From: Dehalococcoidia bacterium
GTDB taxonomy: Bacteria > Chloroflexota > Dehalococcoidia > Bin125
Assembly: GCA_963663895.2 (NCBI GenBank)
Contig: CAXXRD010000002.1
Location: 672,001 to 736,000, forward strand
DNA length: 64,000 nucleotides
Reading direction: 5' to 3'
Shown: one piece after another, positions 63,245 through 64,000 of the stretch
Position numbering within the stretch: position 1 is the first letter of the stretch
Layout of the letters: the number at the start of each line of letters is the position of its first letter
Notes under the pieces: generated by a model
Told to the model about the DNA's origin: nothing
Database searches by the model: none
What the model saw: only the letters and a program-made list of their open reading frames with translations
Program-made: the position numbers and the translations under genes

Positions 63245-63292
63245 GGCGAACCCTCCGGCCCCCCGCCAGAGGCCTGCCGGTACTGCTCGATC

Positions 63293-64000
63293 TCAGCGCC
63301 GCCCCCGCAAGCTGCGGTGCAGTGTCTCGGCGTGAGCCCGCATCTCCGCAGCGTCGCTGAGCGGCACGAGTTCATTTTCGCCGTAGCGACGCTGTAATGC
63401 TAGTTGCAAGAGACGATCGGCGAAGCGCGGGTTCTTGGGAAGCAGGGCCCCGTGCAGATAGGTACCAAAGGCATTGCGAATGCGCGCCCCCTCCCAGCCG
63501 TCGCCGCCGTTATTGCCGAAGCCCACGACGACCTCGGCCAGCGGGATCGTGCCCTCGTTCAGATAGGAGCGTCCACCGTGATTCTCGAAGCCCACCAACG
63601 TGTCGCCCTCCCATAAGGCCACGACGTTGCCCACGCAGCGTTGGATCCTCGGGCCGGGATGAATCGACACCATGTCGAACACGCCCGCCCCCTGCAGCAC
63701 GTCGCCGCGGTTGTCGCGATAGCTCTGCCCAAAGAGCTGATAGCCGCCACAGACGGCGAGGATCACGCCGTCCGCGTCCCGAAAGTCCTGCAGCGCCCCA
63801 CTGCGCGCGTGCAGATCGTCCTGGACACGGCGTTGCTCACGATCCTGCCCACCACCGATCAGAACGATGTCGGTTTCGTCCGGCGCCCAGCCGTCGCCGA
63901 TCTCGATGGAGTCCACCGCCAGATCAACGGCGCGGGCGGCGGCGCGGGCCTGCAACGCCATGACGTTGCCGCGATCGCCGTACAGGTTCATCACTCGCGG
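63293..64000 (-). CDS. gatD: GatD/CobQ-like glutamine amidotransferase (5' end truncated by the window edge)
   Basis: MNLYGDRGN, GGGQD.EQ, CGGYQL, GFENHGG, YLHGALLPKNP. Confidence 0.88.
   Translation of the reverse strand, partial: PRVMNLYGDRGNVMALQARAAARAVDLAVDSIEIGDGWAPDETDIVLIGGGQDREQRRVQDDLHARSGALQDFRDADGVILAVCGGYQLFGQSYRDNRGDVLQGAGVFDMVSIHPGPRIQRCVGNVVALWEGDTLVGFENHGGRSYLNEGTIPLAEVVVGFGNNGGDGWEGARIRNAFGTYLHGALLPKNPRFADRLLQLALQRRYGENELVPLSDAAEMRAHAETLHRSLRGRR

Overview
High-GC bacterial core-genome window, most likely from a Chloroflexota member (Dehalococcoidia-like). The taxonomy is inferred from the SecY N-terminus RPRLLQAMIDA, the rplI-dnaB-dnaD-double DnaC-like gene order and an AGAAC-N4-GTTCT LexA box. 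From start to end it holds: ahcY-metK (+); the str/S10/spc/alpha ribosomal supercluster (-) from rpsL to rpsI, which lacks rpsN and rpmJ; ccsA; an rpsF-ssb-rpsR-hom-coiled coil-thrC-folE-GNAT-mshA-like run; glyA; comF; a MoaD-MoaE fusion; the replication operon; purQL; a 7TM-HD phosphodiesterase; a split cytochrome b6/subunit IV-Rieske-diheme cytochrome c operon; purFM; folPK; a Ubl-MoeB/CysO/CysM/Mec sulfur-relay cluster; lgt; resB; an M23 peptidase; and a partial gatD. No rRNA, tRNA, CRISPR array or mobile element was seen. The main leads are: (1) a ~130-aa acidic insert in the SecY TM7-TM8 loop resembling a FliD/flagellin IN-motif domain; (2) three unannotated microproteins flanking the cytochrome bc operon (one PetN-like single-TM peptide upstream, and a desulforedoxin-like protein plus a Cys-depleted paralog downstream); (3) an SOS box inside the promoter of the rplI-dnaB-dnaD-loader operon; (4) two Ubl-enzyme polyproteins plus a JAMM protease; (5) anomalous G-ending codon usage in tuf. 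All calls come from manual motif reading; no database searches were run.
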